A stretch of 53,737 nucleotides of DNA, taken from the NCBI GenBank assembly GCA_017609885.1, contig JAFCDB010000006.1, forward strand, positions 1 through 53,737, in the 5' to 3' direction. The translations under genes and the position numbers were made by a program. Under the pieces are notes generated by a model. The model made no database searches. It saw only the letters and a list, made by a program, of their open reading frames with translations, and was not told where the DNA came from. This document shows, one piece after another, positions 52,466 to 53,737 of the stretch; the first letter of the stretch is position 1; every line of letters starts with the position of its first letter. Source of the DNA: Candidatus Pacearchaeota archaeon (lineage in GTDB: Archaea > Nanobdellota > Nanobdellia > Pacearchaeales > GW2011-AR1).

Positions 52466-53251
52466 TTAAATTGCCTCTAGGAGTTCATCATCCTCATATT
52501 CCTCGTCTTCATCATTTTCCTCATCTTCATAATTTCCATCATACCGAGAAGAATATTGTGCTCTTTGAAGTTCTTGTCTTACATACATTTCACCGATAAC
52601 AGTTCTAGTTTTTTTATCTTCATAGCTATTAATTTTTAAATATTCTCTCATTTCCTTTTTATCTAATTTTCCTTCTTCATCTACGAAATTTCTAAGAAAT
52701 ACATTTTGATAAATTCTTACTCTTTGATTAAGTAACTCTTTAATTTCTTCTTGGGTTGCAGTTCTAATTACTGTCGCAAACACTGAATTTTCTACATCCC
52801 TAATATAAGCACCAATATTATTTCTTTCAGCTCTTTCACTCCATCTTTCAAGTTCTTCTTTTGCATCATTAATTCTTTCATATCTCCCATTATCCCTATT
52901 AAATTCAATGCTTGGAGAATTAATTAATGCTACTTGCAATCCTTCTATTGATAAATCATCAACTAATTCAGAATAATAAGGTTCAATTATTTCTGAAAAT
53001 TTCTCTCCTGCAGATTCAATTGCTTCAGGAAGTGCAGTTTTCATTGCATCTTTTATAACCCATTCTTGTTTATCCTCTAAATATTCTATTTGTTCTGGTG
53101 ATATGTCTCCAAAATCTTGAAGTGCATCTACATAACTTCCATTAGATACAGCTGGTTGTCCGTTACTCAAGTTTTTTGCCATCTCTTGTAATCTGATAAC
53201 TTTAAGTCCTTTTTCCATTATTTCTCTATTAATCATATCATCTAATGCCAT
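52466..53251 (-). CDS. Hypothetical acidic protein
   Basis: 261-aa ORF with a poly-D/E C-terminal tail. AAAACTTATAAACTC lies upstream on the minus strand. Confidence 0.5.
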   Translation of the reverse strand: MALDDMINREIMEKGLKVIRLQEMAKNLSNGQPAVSNGSYVDALQDFGDISPEQIEYLEDKQEWVIKDAMKTALPEAIESAGEKFSEIIEPYYSELVDDLSIEGLQVALINSPSIEFNRDNGRYERINDAKEELERWSERAERNNIGAYIRDVENSVFATVIRTATQEEIKELLNQRVRIYQNVFLRNFVDEEGKLDKKEMREYLKINSYEDKKTRTVIGEMYVRQELQRAQYSSRYDGNYEDEENDEDEEYEDDELLEAI

Positions 53252-53401
53252 AGTTTATTGAAGTATTTAGAGTTTATAAGTTTTTCTATTGTGTGTTATT
53301 AGGGAGTGGTGACATAGGGAAAGTTTTATAAAGGGAGATTTTCTTAAGGATTTATGGAAACAGAAAGAGAACAAGGAAAGGAATCTGCAATTGAAAAAGC
53401 A

Positions 53402-53581
53402 TTAGGAAATATACCTTCTTATCTTGATTGGCAAGATAAAAATTACTCCGGCTACTAGACTTATATTTGCTGTGATTTCTTTTAGCCCTACAACAGCTCC
53501 GAGGATTTGAACTTGAGAATTTAATAAGAGAAGTGTTCCTAAAATTATTAACGAAATTGAAATTATTTTCCTCTTTTTCAT
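53402..53581 (-). CDS. Possible 59-aa membrane protein, hand-called
   Basis: Translation is MKKRKIISISLIILGTLLLLNSQVQILGAVVGLKEITANISLVAGVIFILPIKIRRYIS. The frame closes exactly (180 nt). Confidence 0.3.
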   Translation of the reverse strand: MKKRKIISISLIILGTLLLLNSQVQILGAVVGLKEITANISLVAGVIFILPIKIRRYIS

Positions 53582-53623
53582 GGTTGTTTAAGGAATTTGG
53601 GGTTTATTAAGTTTTATAATTTG

Positions 53624-53737
53624 GGCTTTGGTGAAACCCTATATAAAATAAAGTGACTTACCACTTTTATTGACTAAAGGAGGTAAGTCAAATGAACAAA
53701 CAATCTGAACTTTATAAATTTCTCGCTTCTGCGAGAA
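53624..53737 (+). mobile_element. Left end of an IS5/IS4-family insertion sequence, truncated by the window edge. The transposase ATG is at 53692.
   Basis: GGCTTTGGTGAAACCCT (53624-53640) is the exact inverted copy of 209-225. AGGAGGT precedes the ATG at 53692 (MNKQSELYKFLASAR...). Confidence 0.65.

Overview
AT-rich, densely packed archaeal sequence. Archaeal markers are aEF-2, aEF-1alpha, aIF5B, RpoH/RpoB/RpoA, TFS, archaeal DnaG, NusA-KH, Dph6, uS12 and uS7. Many small membrane-anchored or secreted orphan proteins suggest a small-genome DPANN-type archaeon; this is inference, since no database search was possible. The window starts inside the right end of an IS5/IS4-family element and ends inside the left end of a matching copy, with perfect 17-bp inverted termini, so it is probably a whole contig broken at a repeated IS. 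Core content is two separated pieces of the classical archaeal transcription/translation supercluster: S12-S7-EF2-EF1alpha at 7-13 kb, and rpoH-rpoB-rpoA at 37.5-44.7 kb with nusA at 46.7 kb. Other housekeeping genes are a circularly permuted GTPase, DnaG, a NOL1/NOP2/Sun methyltransferase, Dph6, tRNA-Lys(CUU), TFS, signal peptidase, rhomboid, aIF5B, ScpA and HtpX. The most notable observations follow. (1) A single 1160-aa rpoA ORF covers both the A' and A'' parts. (2) A 191-bp insertion carrying a 64-codon ORF sits exactly at the rpoB/rpoA junction, flanked by a 21-bp direct repeat that includes the rpoA start. (3) A roughly 4-kb accessory island at 33.0-37.0 kb holds an HNH nuclease, a C5-cytosine methyltransferase co-transcribed with a Cas4-like PD-(D/E)xK nuclease and a small zinc ribbon, and a truncated Zn-ribbon transposase. 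(4) A 664-aa surface protein carries thrombospondin-type-1-like WSxWxxC repeats. (5) At least three MITE-like intergenic repeat families are present, one sharing the IS termini. (6) Many very small orphan ORFs are wedged into otherwise conserved operons. (7) Several decayed genes are visible: a PHP phosphoesterase with a frameshift and an in-frame TGA, a TrxB N-terminal stub and an ATPase C-terminal stub. No CRISPR array, rRNA, intein or reverse transcriptase was seen. All family assignments come from motifs read by eye in the translations and still need HMM/BLAST confirmation.
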